A stretch of 64,000 nucleotides of DNA from the IMG/VR virus record IMGVR_UViG_3300042564_004498, positions 81,526 through 145,525 of that record; one strand, written 5' to 3'. The notes under the pieces were generated by a model, which was given only the letters and a program-made list of their open reading frames with translations, did no database searches and had not been told where the DNA came from. Within the stretch, counting starts at the first letter, position 1. Each line of letters opens with the position of its first letter. The position numbers and the translations under genes were made by a program. This document shows, in pieces, positions 27,831-37,413 of this stretch. Source of the DNA: a virus.

Positions 27831-28628
27831 TTATAAGTAGTCAAATAAAATTGCCGTCTCATTTCTTAATTTTCTGAGAGCTTTTTCTTTAATCTGCCGA
27901 ACTCTTTCTTTAGTTAAATCAAAATCATTCCCAATATCTTCCAATGTTCTTGTTGAACCCGATAACCCAAAATAGTCTTGAATTATCAATTTTTCTCGTC
28001 CATCTAAAACATCTAACATAGAAAACAGTTTATCTTTTAAAGTATCTTCACTAGATAATCCAGCATCTGCCAATTCAGCATTAGGGTTGTTTAATATATC
28101 CAACAATGTATCTCCATCTTCATTCAATGGATTATCTAAATTAACGGTATATGGTAAATTCACAAACTTTTCAGGTAATTCAATACCAGCCCTTTCCAAA
28201 TCTTTTTTGGCCCTATGAAGTTCTTGAACCACATTAACAGGTAGACGAATAGTTCTAGCATTTTCATTTAATGATTGTAAAATAGATTGTCTAACCCACC
28301 AAACAGCATAAGAAATAAATCTCAGTCTTTTAGACCAATCAAAATTCTCAATTGCTTTCATTAATCCAAGATTACCTTCGGCAATTAAATCAGATAGTTC
28401 TAACCCTTGATTTTGATATTGTTTACTCACAGTAATTACAAAACGTAAATTACCCTCTAACAACTCTTTTTGAATCTCTTTTGTTTGTTTTTCGGTTACA
28501 TTTTCCGATAGCATTATTTCTGCTAACTCTCTTTCTCTTTCAGGTGTCATAACTCTTAATTTCCTAAGGTCTTTAAGATAGTGACTAATTTCTTCTTGAT
28601 TAATTGGAATTGACGATTTTTCTTTCAT
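27831..28628 (-). CDS. Sigma-70 family factor, Bacteroidetes RpoD/SigA-like
   Basis: NLRFVITVSKQYQNQGL..DLIAEGNLGLMKA, FISYAVWWVRQSILQSL, TLEDIG..LTKERVRQIKEKAL; no region 1.1. Confidence 0.93.
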   Translation of the reverse strand: MKEKSSIPINQEEISHYLKDLRKLRVMTPERERELAEIMLSENVTEKQTKEIQKELLEGNLRFVITVSKQYQNQGLELSDLIAEGNLGLMKAIENFDWSKRLRFISYAVWWVRQSILQSLNENARTIRLPVNVVQELHRAKKDLERAGIELPEKFVNLPYTVNLDNPLNEDGDTLLDILNNPNAELADAGLSSEDTLKDKLFSMLDVLDGREKLIIQDYFGLSGSTRTLEDIGNDFDLTKERVRQIKEKALRKLRNETAILFDYL

Positions 28629-28631
28629 ATT

Positions 28632-29159
28632 TTATTTTTTACTGTATGTTTCTAAAATTTCTTTTTCAAACGCTGTTAATGAACTTACACCATCACAACA
28701 TATCTTATCTAATATTTGGTCTAAAGACGGTTCTTTAAGTTTGTCTTTTAAATTTAACCAAAATTGTGCCATAACTTCTTCATCTTCCTCTTCTTCAAAT
28801 TCTTCCATAAAATCCAAATTATTTTTAATACGAGACATCTCTAATCTCATATTAACATCCCCTGTAGGACTCTCCAAGTCAAATAAATTTTTTTTCGCCT
28901 CCTCAGGTAACGACACTGACACTTTGTCAGACATCTCTGTTAAAATAAATGAATCCGAAATACCATATAACACACCTGTTATGTAGTCAAACAATTCAAT
29001 TTTAGCAACCTCAGACGCAAAGTGATATAACATAACACCTTTAGAATACTGAAATTTTAAATTAGGGGAATCTACAATTGGTGTAATTGATAGAGCAATT
29101 TGTCTACAATCTTGTTCTGATTCAAAAAAACCGATTACGGTTAATAAGTAGTTAGTCAT
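28632..29159 (-). CDS. Hypothetical protein
   Basis: 175 aa; C-terminal SLDQILDKI..GVSSLTAFEKEIL helical motif; TATCTTTG at 29180-29187. Confidence 0.75.
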   Translation of the reverse strand: MTNYLLTVIGFFESEQDCRQIALSITPIVDSPNLKFQYSKGVMLYHFASEVAKIELFDYITGVLYGISDSFILTEMSDKVSVSLPEEAKKNLFDLESPTGDVNMRLEMSRIKNNLDFMEEFEEEEDEEVMAQFWLNLKDKLKEPSLDQILDKICCDGVSSLTAFEKEILETYSKK

Positions 29160-29203
29160 ATTAATTATTATAATTTATACAAAGATATGAATAATTTTTG
29201 AAA

Positions 29204-29695
29204 TTATCTTAACGAATAAACAATTTCACAATTATCTTTAACCCATTTTTCACTGAATGAAATGTGATTTGAAGATTTACTCATATTTTCAATTTTAACC
29301 TTAGCCTCTTCCAACACTATACTTGTTTCACATTTCCATATTTTTTCACAAACAAGTCCACTTTCTTTATTGAATGATGCGAAAAAAAACTCATCGTTTC
29401 TTTCAATACGATGAAGATTATCTTTGTGGATTCTGTCTAATTGGAAACTACCACCTTGTTTACAAGACAAGTATTCATATTTTTTATCACCCTCTAACGA
29501 AGTTGCGTCAGGACCATGTTTAGTCTTATGACATCTATGCCCTAAAATCTCAGAGATTATCCATTCTTTTAAAAATCCTGGTGTTAAAACATCTTGGGTA
29601 AACCCATTATCATTCTTTAATTGATTAATCAACCCCAATAAAACATTCAACGGATTGTCCATTGTTTTAATCTCTTCATATATTCTTTCTTCCAT
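29204..29695 (-). CDS. Possible PD-(D/E)XK restriction-endonuclease-like protein
   Basis: HGPDATSLEGDKKYEYLS motif; own promoter TTTG-N20-TATCTTTG at 29714-29745. Confidence 0.45.
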   Translation of the reverse strand: MEERIYEEIKTMDNPLNVLLGLINQLKNDNGFTQDVLTPGFLKEWIISEILGHRCHKTKHGPDATSLEGDKKYEYLSCKQGGSFQLDRIHKDNLHRIERNDEFFFASFNKESGLVCEKIWKCETSIVLEEAKVKIENMSKSSNHISFSEKWVKDNCEIVYSLR

Positions 29696-29759
29696 AGTCT
29701 ATTGTTATACGAGCAAAGATAAGACAATGTTTCATAATATCCAAAAAAAAAGTCCCACA

Positions 29760-32138
29760 TTATTGTGAGACTTTTGAAATGTTATCGGTCTTATTAATTT
29801 TAACCACATTATCAGCCCAATTTGAAATTAGTGGGTTATGACTAATCACAAATATTTTTTCAAAATAGTCTTTAAGTTTCATAAAGAAATCCCCAACCAT
29901 TTCAAGATTATCATTAGATACTTTACCCCAAGTCTCATCATACACTGATATGTTTGGTTTTGGTAATGAACATACTTTTGATAGTACCGCTCTAATGGCA
30001 AGTGCTCCAATTGTTTTTTCATACCCTGAACCTGCGGTCATTGGTTTTTCAACACCAGTACCATTATCAATCATTATGAAGTCAACCTCATTCTTATCGT
30101 TGATACGAATCTCCAAGTTAAAGAAACAAGAGTCCTGAAGTAACCTTTGAAGTTCAGAGTTGATTAATGGCATCATAGTTTTCATAATGATTTTACTAAT
30201 CCCGTTCTTACCATAGATGTCCACATAGATTTTATAAATCTTTTCTCTTTCAAACTCCTCGGCAATCTTAAGAATAACACTATTGTTTTTCTCAATACGT
30301 GCTTCAAGATTTTCAATTTGAGTTGAGTTGGTATTTTGAATTTTCTCATACCCTCTTTTCTCTCCAATCAATTCATCAATACGCAAACCAGCTTTAATTA
30401 ATTGACCATCAATCTCATTGTTCTTTTTGATTTTGTCCTGAACTTCTTGATACCTTCTAAGTTTGTCCTTAACCTGTTCAAGTTTTAAGTCATTTGCTTC
30501 TAAAGATAGTTCGTGTTTCTCCTTAATAAGTTTGTTTCTTTCATACTCATCAAAGTCTTTCTTAAGATTAACAAATCCTTGTTCTTTGCTGGTTAAGTCA
30601 CGCATTAACCCCTCTAATTGTCCTTTATGCGTGATAAAACCGGCAAGCTCACCTATTTTTGCGTTGGTTATTGCTGCATTCATCAGTTCAATACCACAAT
30701 GTTCGCATTTGATTCCACCATCAACCGAACTTTTAAGTTCTTCAATAGTTTTAATCTTTGCGTTGTTCTCCGCTTGTTTGGTAATCAACTCCTTAATCTC
30801 CTGTTTTACCTCATCGTGTTTGTCTTCGTGGTAAAATTCAGATGGTTCAACAACTTTAATCTCTTTGATTTGTCCTTTAATTCTATCACTTGAAGTTTCA
30901 AGGTCTGAGATATCTGACTGAAGTTTAATTGGATTTAAAATAATCAACTCTTGGTCTAAATCCGCAAACTTAGAATTAAGTAAATTGTCTTTGTAATCTT
31001 GACCTTTCTTAAGTCTTTCATCAACATCTCCAATGTTTTTGGTCATCTCTTTAATTTCATCCTTTTTTTGGATAATCTCTTCACCAGAAGTTTCATTGTC
31101 TTGTTTCAAAGACTCTGTGTTATAAACATTGGACATCATTCCTTTAGAAAATTCAGAATAAATTTCTTTACCTGTTTCTTCTTTCTTTTTAAGAAACTCT
31201 AATCCCAAAAATCTACTCAATACTTGACCACGAGCGGTTGGTTTTGATTCCAATAAGTCCTCAAGGTTGGATGCTGTTGTTACGATTGTCATTAAGAAGT
31301 CATCCATTGTTCCAATAGATTTCTTCATAAAGTCTTCCGTTTCTCTTCGTTGTTCTCCTGTAAAGTTTTGAAGTTGACCATCGGCAAGTTTCTTGAAGAA
31401 CTCAAGTTCTGTTTTAACATTCCATTCACCAGCCTTGGACTTCTTTCGTTCAATCTGACGAGCAATAATGTATTCCTCACCGTCAATTACGATGTCACCC
31501 TTAACACTAACTTTGTTAGAGTCTGTAAACCTATTAAAGATTTCTTCTGCTTTCTGGGTCTTCGTAGTGGTGTTAAAAAACAAGAACAATAGTAAGTCCA
31601 CCGTAAGTACAGTCTTACCACCAAAATTAGGTGGGTCTGACTCAACAACAGTAATACCATTACATTTCTCAAAATCAATTACTTGGTTATCACCATAAGA
31701 TAAAAAGTTACTGAACTCAATCTTTTTGATATACCATCTTTTGAATGGAGTAACCTCAACTTCGTTGGCCGCCATTCTGTTCTCCACCGCAAGGTCAATG
31801 TTCATAACTTGGTCTAAATGTTGTTCTTGCCCTTTAGACTCAAGTAATGATTTAATCAATTCCTTTTGATAATTTTTATCCATGATGTTTACAGAAACAT
31901 CAACAGTTTGTTGGGTCTCATCAGTTGTCTTCACCTTAGTGATAACATTGATGTTAGAGGAGTTATACTTCTTTATGAAGTATTGCTTTACCGACTTAAT
32001 TCTCTCTTGGGTAAAGTTTTCAGGAGTATCCTCCCAAATGACTTGGATGTAGGGATTCTCCAAAGCAGATACATCTATTTTGGTGCTCATATGGTTATAA
32101 TTAAATGTTGGTTGTGGATTGAATAAATCCCATGTCAT
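29760..32138 (-). CDS. SbcC/Rad50/T4 gp46-like recombination ATPase with N-terminal extension
   Basis: KKIEFSNFLSYG, NFGGKT Walker A, CEHC hook, SGYEK signature, YDE Walker B, ISH; alternative start at 32090. Confidence 0.9.
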   Translation of the reverse strand: MTWDLFNPQPTFNYNHMSTKIDVSALENPYIQVIWEDTPENFTQERIKSVKQYFIKKYNSSNINVITKVKTTDETQQTVDVSVNIMDKNYQKELIKSLLESKGQEQHLDQVMNIDLAVENRMAANEVEVTPFKRWYIKKIEFSNFLSYGDNQVIDFEKCNGITVVESDPPNFGGKTVLTVDLLLFLFFNTTTKTQKAEEIFNRFTDSNKVSVKGDIVIDGEEYIIARQIERKKSKAGEWNVKTELEFFKKLADGQLQNFTGEQRRETEDFMKKSIGTMDDFLMTIVTTASNLEDLLESKPTARGQVLSRFLGLEFLKKKEETGKEIYSEFSKGMMSNVYNTESLKQDNETSGEEIIQKKDEIKEMTKNIGDVDERLKKGQDYKDNLLNSKFADLDQELIILNPIKLQSDISDLETSSDRIKGQIKEIKVVEPSEFYHEDKHDEVKQEIKELITKQAENNAKIKTIEELKSSVDGGIKCEHCGIELMNAAITNAKIGELAGFITHKGQLEGLMRDLTSKEQGFVNLKKDFDEYERNKLIKEKHELSLEANDLKLEQVKDKLRRYQEVQDKIKKNNEIDGQLIKAGLRIDELIGEKRGYEKIQNTNSTQIENLEARIEKNNSVILKIAEEFEREKIYKIYVDIYGKNGISKIIMKTMMPLINSELQRLLQDSCFFNLEIRINDKNEVDFIMIDNGTGVEKPMTAGSGYEKTIGALAIRAVLSKVCSLPKPNISVYDETWGKVSNDNLEMVGDFFMKLKDYFEKIFVISHNPLISNWADNVVKINKTDNISKVSQ

Positions 32139-32139
32139 T

Positions 32140-32328
32140 TTATACGGTTGGAATTTGTTCTTTTAGTTTATCCTCGTCGTATTTCTTTTTTAACTCCTCC
32201 ATTTGTTCCTGCATTGACTTTTTAAATAAGTTTTGCATTGCGGTTTTTTCAGCATTAATTTTTTGGGTTCTTGCTGCCACTTTTTTTGCGTGAGCTTTAT
32301 CTCCGCCTCTTTTTTTAGATTTTGCCAT
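32140..32328 (-). CDS. Small basic hypothetical protein
   Basis: 62 aa, Lys-rich. Confidence 0.65.
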   Translation of the reverse strand: MAKSKKRGGDKAHAKKVAARTQKINAEKTAMQNLFKKSMQEQMEELKKKYDEDKLKEQIPTV

Positions 32329-32334
32329 AGTTAT

Positions 32335-32841
32335 TTAATTGTTATTTAATTCGTTATTCATTTCTTCTTGTATTTCTTCAATTGTCGGTGTTAGTTCGTT
32401 TTCAACTTGGTCTTGAAGTTTTTGAATAATCATGTCGTTAATTCGTTGGTATTGGTTATGATTATCTTCTCGTATTTCATTCTCGTTAGGTTCCTCTTCA
32501 TCATCCATATAGGAATTTAACCATTGAGGTCTCTCAGGAACTTTAATTGAATCTATTTTTTCAATCATCAGTTGAACTTCAGTCTTACTTCCTCTCAACA
32601 TTTTACCCATTTTAACTTTATTCTCAAGTCGAGTAAAATCTTTATAAAACGCATCCCCACCAATAAAATTAATATCAATTTCGTTATTCTCCAAATACTC
32701 AATAATATCAATCATGAGTTCATCATCATCAAGAATTCCCATATTATTACATAATGTAAATAAGTCAGTTGCCTTAATAATCCATCTTTGAACTTTCTTA
32801 TCATTAAGTTGTTTAACGATAAATTCATTTAATTTTTCCAC
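32335..32841 (-). CDS. Hypothetical protein
   Basis: 168 aa ORF. Confidence 0.7.
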   Translation of the reverse strand: MEKLNEFIVKQLNDKKVQRWIIKATDLFTLCNNMGILDDDELMIDIIEYLENNEIDINFIGGDAFYKDFTRLENKVKMGKMLRGSKTEVQLMIEKIDSIKVPERPQWLNSYMDDEEEPNENEIREDNHNQYQRINDMIIQKLQDQVENELTPTIEEIQEEMNNELNNN

Positions 32842-32842
32842 C

Positions 32843-33040
32843 CTACAATCCTTTTGCGATTATTTTAATTTGTTCAGTTATTACTTTACCATCAGGGTCA
32901 AACATTTTCCCATTCAAGTATTTTTTTAATTGTTTTTTTCCTAATTCAATAATTTTTGTATTAACATCGGTTTCATCTGAAGTCCACATTAAGTCTTCAA
33001 TTTTCACTGATACCACATACTCCGCAGATACTCTTTGCAT
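32843..33040 (-). CDS. Hypothetical protein
   Basis: ORF; start reassigned to MQRVS. Confidence 0.55.
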   Translation of the reverse strand: MQRVSAEYVVSVKIEDLMWTSDETDVNTKIIELGKKQLKKYLNGKMFDPDGKVITEQIKIIAKGL

Positions 33041-33041
33041 A

Positions 33042-33395
33042 TTATCCTTTTTTTGGTCGGTTTTCTTCATACCATTCAACAATTGCATTAATTGCCCATA
33101 CTGAACCTGAACCTAACATCCCGTCAAAGAACCATGATGCCCATGAACTAACTCCAAGCATTTCGTGTACTGGTGAATATAAGAAAATTCCAAATAAGAA
33201 TCCAACCCATACCGACGCACACATCATACATTTAATCATATCACTCACAAATATAAAGAACCCTCTGAAAGGAAAATGTGGTGTGTTTGATGCTTTATTA
33301 ATGGAGTTTCTTGGTCCATTAAAGATACTTCCGTAAACGATTATGTTGGTCATCCCATACGCCATAATCATCCATAATAATAGTTGTGTAATCAT
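33042..33395 (-). CDS. Membrane protein, DUF1360-like
   Basis: TM segments with CMMCASVWVG motif. Confidence 0.6.
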   Translation of the reverse strand: MITQLLLWMIMAYGMTNIIVYGSIFNGPRNSINKASNTPHFPFRGFFIFVSDMIKCMMCASVWVGFLFGIFLYSPVHEMLGVSSWASWFFDGMLGSGSVWAINAIVEWYEENRPKKG

Positions 33396-33403
33396 ATTTA
33401 TTT

Positions 33404-34060
33404 TTATTTATAAAGTTTATCGTCTAAATTAGACCCTTTTAAGAACATCGCTCTTTTATCGTCATTAAACTTTTGAATGTCTTCAATCGTTTTTTCGTAT
33501 TCTTTAATCTTTTTGTCTTTGTCAATGTTATCTTGTTTCAACTTTTGAACTGTATTTTGAAGGGCATCAAGTTTTGGTTTTAAACTATTATCAGTTGTCT
33601 CCTTTTCTACGACAACTTCTTTTATCACCTCTTTCTCTACAATGACTTCCTTAATAATTGGTTCTTGATTTTCCAACTGTTGTATTTTTAACAACAGTTC
33701 ATTTACTTTAGTTTCGTCCCAAATATTGTCTAAATTTGGGACAGACACTTCTTTAATTACTTCAACAACTTTTTCTACTATAACTTCCTTAATGACTTCA
33801 ATAGGTTTTTCAACATCAACATATTCAATCCTAATAACCTCTTTCTCCTCAACCACAGGAATCTCAACATACTTAATAATTTCTTTGATAACTTCTTTTT
33901 CAATAACTTCTTGGCCAGTATTCAAAAGTCCATATCTTTCTATATTAAATCCAACTGTAAAGGAATCCTTGACAACTGAACTAATCAGTAAATCATTTAG
34001 ATTACAATAAGACAATAAATCTTTATGTTCAGTAGTTGAGAGATTAAGTTTTACTTCCAT
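33404..34060 (-). CDS. Protein with (V/I)-I-K-E-V repeats and coiled coil
   Basis: IEKEVIKE / EVIKEVIVEKVVEVIKEV repeats. Confidence 0.75.
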   Translation of the reverse strand: MEVKLNLSTTEHKDLLSYCNLNDLLISSVVKDSFTVGFNIERYGLLNTGQEVIEKEVIKEIIKYVEIPVVEEKEVIRIEYVDVEKPIEVIKEVIVEKVVEVIKEVSVPNLDNIWDETKVNELLLKIQQLENQEPIIKEVIVEKEVIKEVVVEKETTDNSLKPKLDALQNTVQKLKQDNIDKDKKIKEYEKTIEDIQKFNDDKRAMFLKGSNLDDKLYK

Positions 34061-34061
34061 A

Positions 34062-34841
34062 TTAATAGTTAACTAATTTCTCAGTCCCTTCAATTAAACA
34101 ATCAATTGAGTTAATGTAGAACGATAAAAATGGTTTAGGGTTTGGTAAATCAACAAAATCATATTCATCTTTTTCAATATCATACACACCGTACCCATGT
34201 TTAGTTATTTTCTCCCCAAAGTTCTGTTGGATAGTAGAGCCAATCATATACGCTTTCTTTTCACCAGGTATATCAAACACTTGTCTCTTATGAATATCTC
34301 CACATAAAACAAGGTCACATCCTTTAAATTTACTGGTGTCAAACCCATCTTCAAATTTATATCCAATATCAGTATAAAGACCTTGTATTGGTCCATGGAA
34401 TAATCCAATATTTTTGTTTGTTGATTTTTGAACATCAGGTGGAATGTTATGTTCCATTAATGAGAATACACACCAATTAACATTGTCATCCTCATACACT
34501 CCTCTGTTCTTTAAATAGACAATGTTATCATTGTTAAGTGAATCAATGATTGGAGTTAAGGCATCAAGTCTGGTGTTGTTGTTCTCAAGGAAATCGTGAT
34601 TACCAATTATAACAATAGTCTTTGCAATTTTGGCACATTCTGTTAATATCCAAGCAACAAACTCAATAAGTTCGGGTGTCATTTGATTTTTAGAATGAAC
34701 TAAATCACCAGTAAAAACAATTCTATCAGGTTGAAGTGTTTTCCATTCTTTTAATGCGGACTCAAGTATTCCACGATATAAGTCGTGGTCTTTAAATAAC
34801 CTAACATGTAAGTCTGAAAAATGAACTAATCTATTAATCAT
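34062..34841 (-). CDS. SbcD/Mre11/T4 gp47-like metallophosphoesterase nuclease
   Basis: SDLH, TGDL, GNHD, FHG, GDIH, GSTIQQNFGE. Confidence 0.9.
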   Translation of the reverse strand: MINRLVHFSDLHVRLFKDHDLYRGILESALKEWKTLQPDRIVFTGDLVHSKNQMTPELIEFVAWILTECAKIAKTIVIIGNHDFLENNNTRLDALTPIIDSLNNDNIVYLKNRGVYEDDNVNWCVFSLMEHNIPPDVQKSTNKNIGLFHGPIQGLYTDIGYKFEDGFDTSKFKGCDLVLCGDIHKRQVFDIPGEKKAYMIGSTIQQNFGEKITKHGYGVYDIEKDEYDFVDLPNPKPFLSFYINSIDCLIEGTEKLVNY

Positions 34842-35073
34842 TAATTAATGTTTTTTCGTTTTCATCAAATGGATTAAATCCTTTATTTACATGACCGCAA
34901 GATTCACATTTATAAATCGGGAATGGTACCGTAGTATCTTCTGATGAACCAGTCATAAGTGCGGGAACTCTTTTAAGATAGATTACCTCATTGAAGTAAA
35001 TCCCTTCACATTTTTCACATTTAATTGTCGGGCAATCTCTTAAATTAATTTTTGGTTGCTGTAATTCGCTCAT
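34834..35073 (-). CDS. Zn-ribbon protein
   Basis: CEKC...CESCGH. Confidence 0.75.
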   Translation of the reverse strand: MSELQQPKINLRDCPTIKCEKCEGIYFNEVIYLKRVPALMTGSSEDTTVPFPIYKCESCGHVNKGFNPFDENEKTLIND

Positions 35074-35100
35074 ATTTTTTCTTTTAAATTTAGTTATTTT

Positions 35101-35946
35101 TTACTTCTTTGTCAAATATTTTTTCATATCCATACTTAAAATCATATTGATAACCTCTTGAGGTACTTTATACTCGTCGTACTCACCATCATCTTTCAAA
35201 TGGGATATAACACAACCAAGTAGTTTGATATCTTCATATTTGGTCCCTTTTAACATCTTTATAAGTAATTTACCATAGAATGGTAATTGAAGGTAGTAGT
35301 GCCCTAATGCGGTGTCAGGGAACTTATTAAATGGGACTTTCAATCTTTTGGTATAACTGGTCTCTTGGAAATTCTTTTTCTTATTTGTTTTCCAATCCGT
35401 AATAACCAATCCAAATCCTGTTTTGTCTTTGTTCATCATTAACCATACCTTATCGGGTTGACCTGTATAACCTAATTCAGGGTCTCCTAAAACCATCTCC
35501 GTATCTAATAACACAGCCCCTCTTTCTTCCATCAATTTAATATATTTATCCCCCGCACTAATCATCGCATCTCCTTTCATAATTTGAACCGCGTCACATT
35601 CAAAGATAGGTTGTCTAACTTCTTTGTAATTTCCATTACGTTCAATAATGTTTTTCTCCAATACAAAATGGACCCTACTACCCATATTTGTGGAGTAAGT
35701 TCCTGCCGCCGCCCACTCTTCAATTAACTCTTGTTGTCTTTGCGGGTCACCACCAGCTTTATTATAAGATGCTTGTTCTAACGGAAATTCTGTGTAAAAT
35801 TTCTTAAGTACTTTTGACACAGAAGGATAATCATTCCTACCATTCATTGTGTATATGTGGTCTGCCTCTTCAAAAGTTAACCCAAGTTCATTTTGTCTTT
35901 GAGATATTAATTCTCTTATCTCTTCGACAATTTTATTTAATTTCAT
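35101..35946 (-). CDS. PD-(D/E)XK superfamily exonuclease
   Basis: SVS, GSRVH, GQPD, ITDWKT, YYLQLPFY. Confidence 0.85.
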   Translation of the reverse strand: MKLNKIVEEIRELISQRQNELGLTFEEADHIYTMNGRNDYPSVSKVLKKFYTEFPLEQASYNKAGGDPQRQQELIEEWAAAGTYSTNMGSRVHFVLEKNIIERNGNYKEVRQPIFECDAVQIMKGDAMISAGDKYIKLMEERGAVLLDTEMVLGDPELGYTGQPDKVWLMMNKDKTGFGLVITDWKTNKKKNFQETSYTKRLKVPFNKFPDTALGHYYLQLPFYGKLLIKMLKGTKYEDIKLLGCVISHLKDDGEYDEYKVPQEVINMILSMDMKKYLTKK

Positions 35947-36847
35947 AATAATATTCTTCAATTTGACCTTTTAAATCACAGATGTCTTTGTCACCAGGTA
36001 ATTTAATAATCTTTATTTTATTGTATAACCTACCACCATTTAATTCATGGTATAATTTTAATCCGTCAGCCCAAGCATCACCGTCAACACAGATGATAAT
36101 ATTTCTTAACGCCTTTTCATATAAAGTTTCAAATAACAAAGCACTCATTTTCTTACCCAACATAACAATTGAGTTATTTAAGAAAAACCCATCAAACGCA
36201 CCTTCAACCAAATAAACATCTTCAAACCAATCAATAAGACCTTCATTAAATATGATTTCATCTTTAGGTACTGTTGGGTTTTTGTATTTCATTTTGTTTG
36301 CTACCCACGCTCTTGCAACAAAATAGTTAAGAGCCCCTTCTGTATTAAATGATGGTACTATAATTCTATAGGCGAAGTCACCAGATACGGTGTATCCAAT
36401 TTTATACTTTTCAATAATTTCTTCAGTAATACCTCTTGAGGTAAGATACCTCATGGCCTCAATGTGTGGAATAAATCTTGCGTTGGAATCCTTGAAGGTG
36501 GTGTATCCTTCGGGTAATCTTAATTTAGGTCGTTTAAGTTCTTCTTTCTTTAACTCCTCAGGTTTGATTAAATTATAAAGTTTCTTTTGTGCTTTGGTTC
36601 CATGTTTGTCAAATAGTTTACCAAGAGGTCCTTGAGTTCCGAATGTTTCCCCACAAGACCAACATTTATAAACATGTTTTCCATAATTAATCTCAAGGTT
36701 ACCTTTACCATCACCCCCATCTAACCCTTTTTCATCAGCACACACAGGACAGTCAAAAGATATTTGACCTTTAGATTCGTAATGTTGTTTGGGTCTTCCC
36801 AATACATCCGTAAGTAACTCAACTAATACCTCAATTTCGTCTGACAT
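35933..36847 (-). CDS. DNA primase (Zn finger plus TOPRIM)
   Basis: CPVC..CWSC, YLTSRGI, LVEGAFD, VDGDA, DKDICD. Confidence 0.88.
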   Translation of the reverse strand: MSDEIEVLVELLTDVLGRPKQHYESKGQISFDCPVCADEKGLDGGDGKGNLEINYGKHVYKCWSCGETFGTQGPLGKLFDKHGTKAQKKLYNLIKPEELKKEELKRPKLRLPEGYTTFKDSNARFIPHIEAMRYLTSRGITEEIIEKYKIGYTVSGDFAYRIIVPSFNTEGALNYFVARAWVANKMKYKNPTVPKDEIIFNEGLIDWFEDVYLVEGAFDGFFLNNSIVMLGKKMSALLFETLYEKALRNIIICVDGDAWADGLKLYHELNGGRLYNKIKIIKLPGDKDICDLKGQIEEYYYEIK

Positions 36848-36864
36848 ATTACAAATATAGTAAA

Positions 36865-37029
36865 TTATTTAGGATTGTCATCTTTTTTAGTAACACCCAC
36901 AATATGTTTTCTCCACCATTTCATAACAGAACTATCTTCATCAAAATATTTCTCAATTGTAAATGCTCCGAACACAAAAAGAATTGTGACGAAAGCCAAA
37001 AATAACCAAATAAATAAAACTATTCCCAT
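36865..37029 (-). CDS. Small membrane protein (54 aa, not in the ORF track)
   Basis: MGIVLFIWLFLAFVTILFVFGAF...KWWRKHIVG. Confidence 0.6.
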   Translation of the reverse strand: MGIVLFIWLFLAFVTILFVFGAFTIEKYFDEDSSVMKWWRKHIVGVTKKDDNPK

Positions 37030-37385
37030 CCTACTTTATTTATAAATCCGTAATCTTTTATATCAACATTAAAATAATACATTCTGTTTTTTACTTCCCA
37101 TAACATATTTTTTCTTAAAAATCTATTTAATTTAATTTTAGATACTCTATATCCCTTATGTTCAAGAATGGATGTGTCATACCATGTTTTATTTCCATTA
37201 ACAATCTTTACAAAAATCTTACCTTCAAAAACAACATCTATTTCATCTCGTGATGTATATTTACGATAGTTTTTAATTTTTATAATACCATCAAGATTTC
37301 CATCACAAATAGGGATTTCACCCAATTTTGGAAGTAACTTCTTAATTGATTTAGTTTCGGAATTAACAATGGTGTATCTTGACAT
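37020..37385 (-). CDS. Hypothetical protein
   Basis: ATG 4 nt after TTTG-N20-TATCTTTG (37390-37421). Confidence 0.7.
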   Translation of the reverse strand: MSRYTIVNSETKSIKKLLPKLGEIPICDGNLDGIIKIKNYRKYTSRDEIDVVFEGKIFVKIVNGNKTWYDTSILEHKGYRVSKIKLNRFLRKNMLWEVKNRMYYFNVDIKDYGFINKVGWE

Positions 37386-37413
37386 AAAACAAAGATACAA
37401 AAAAGATTTTAAT

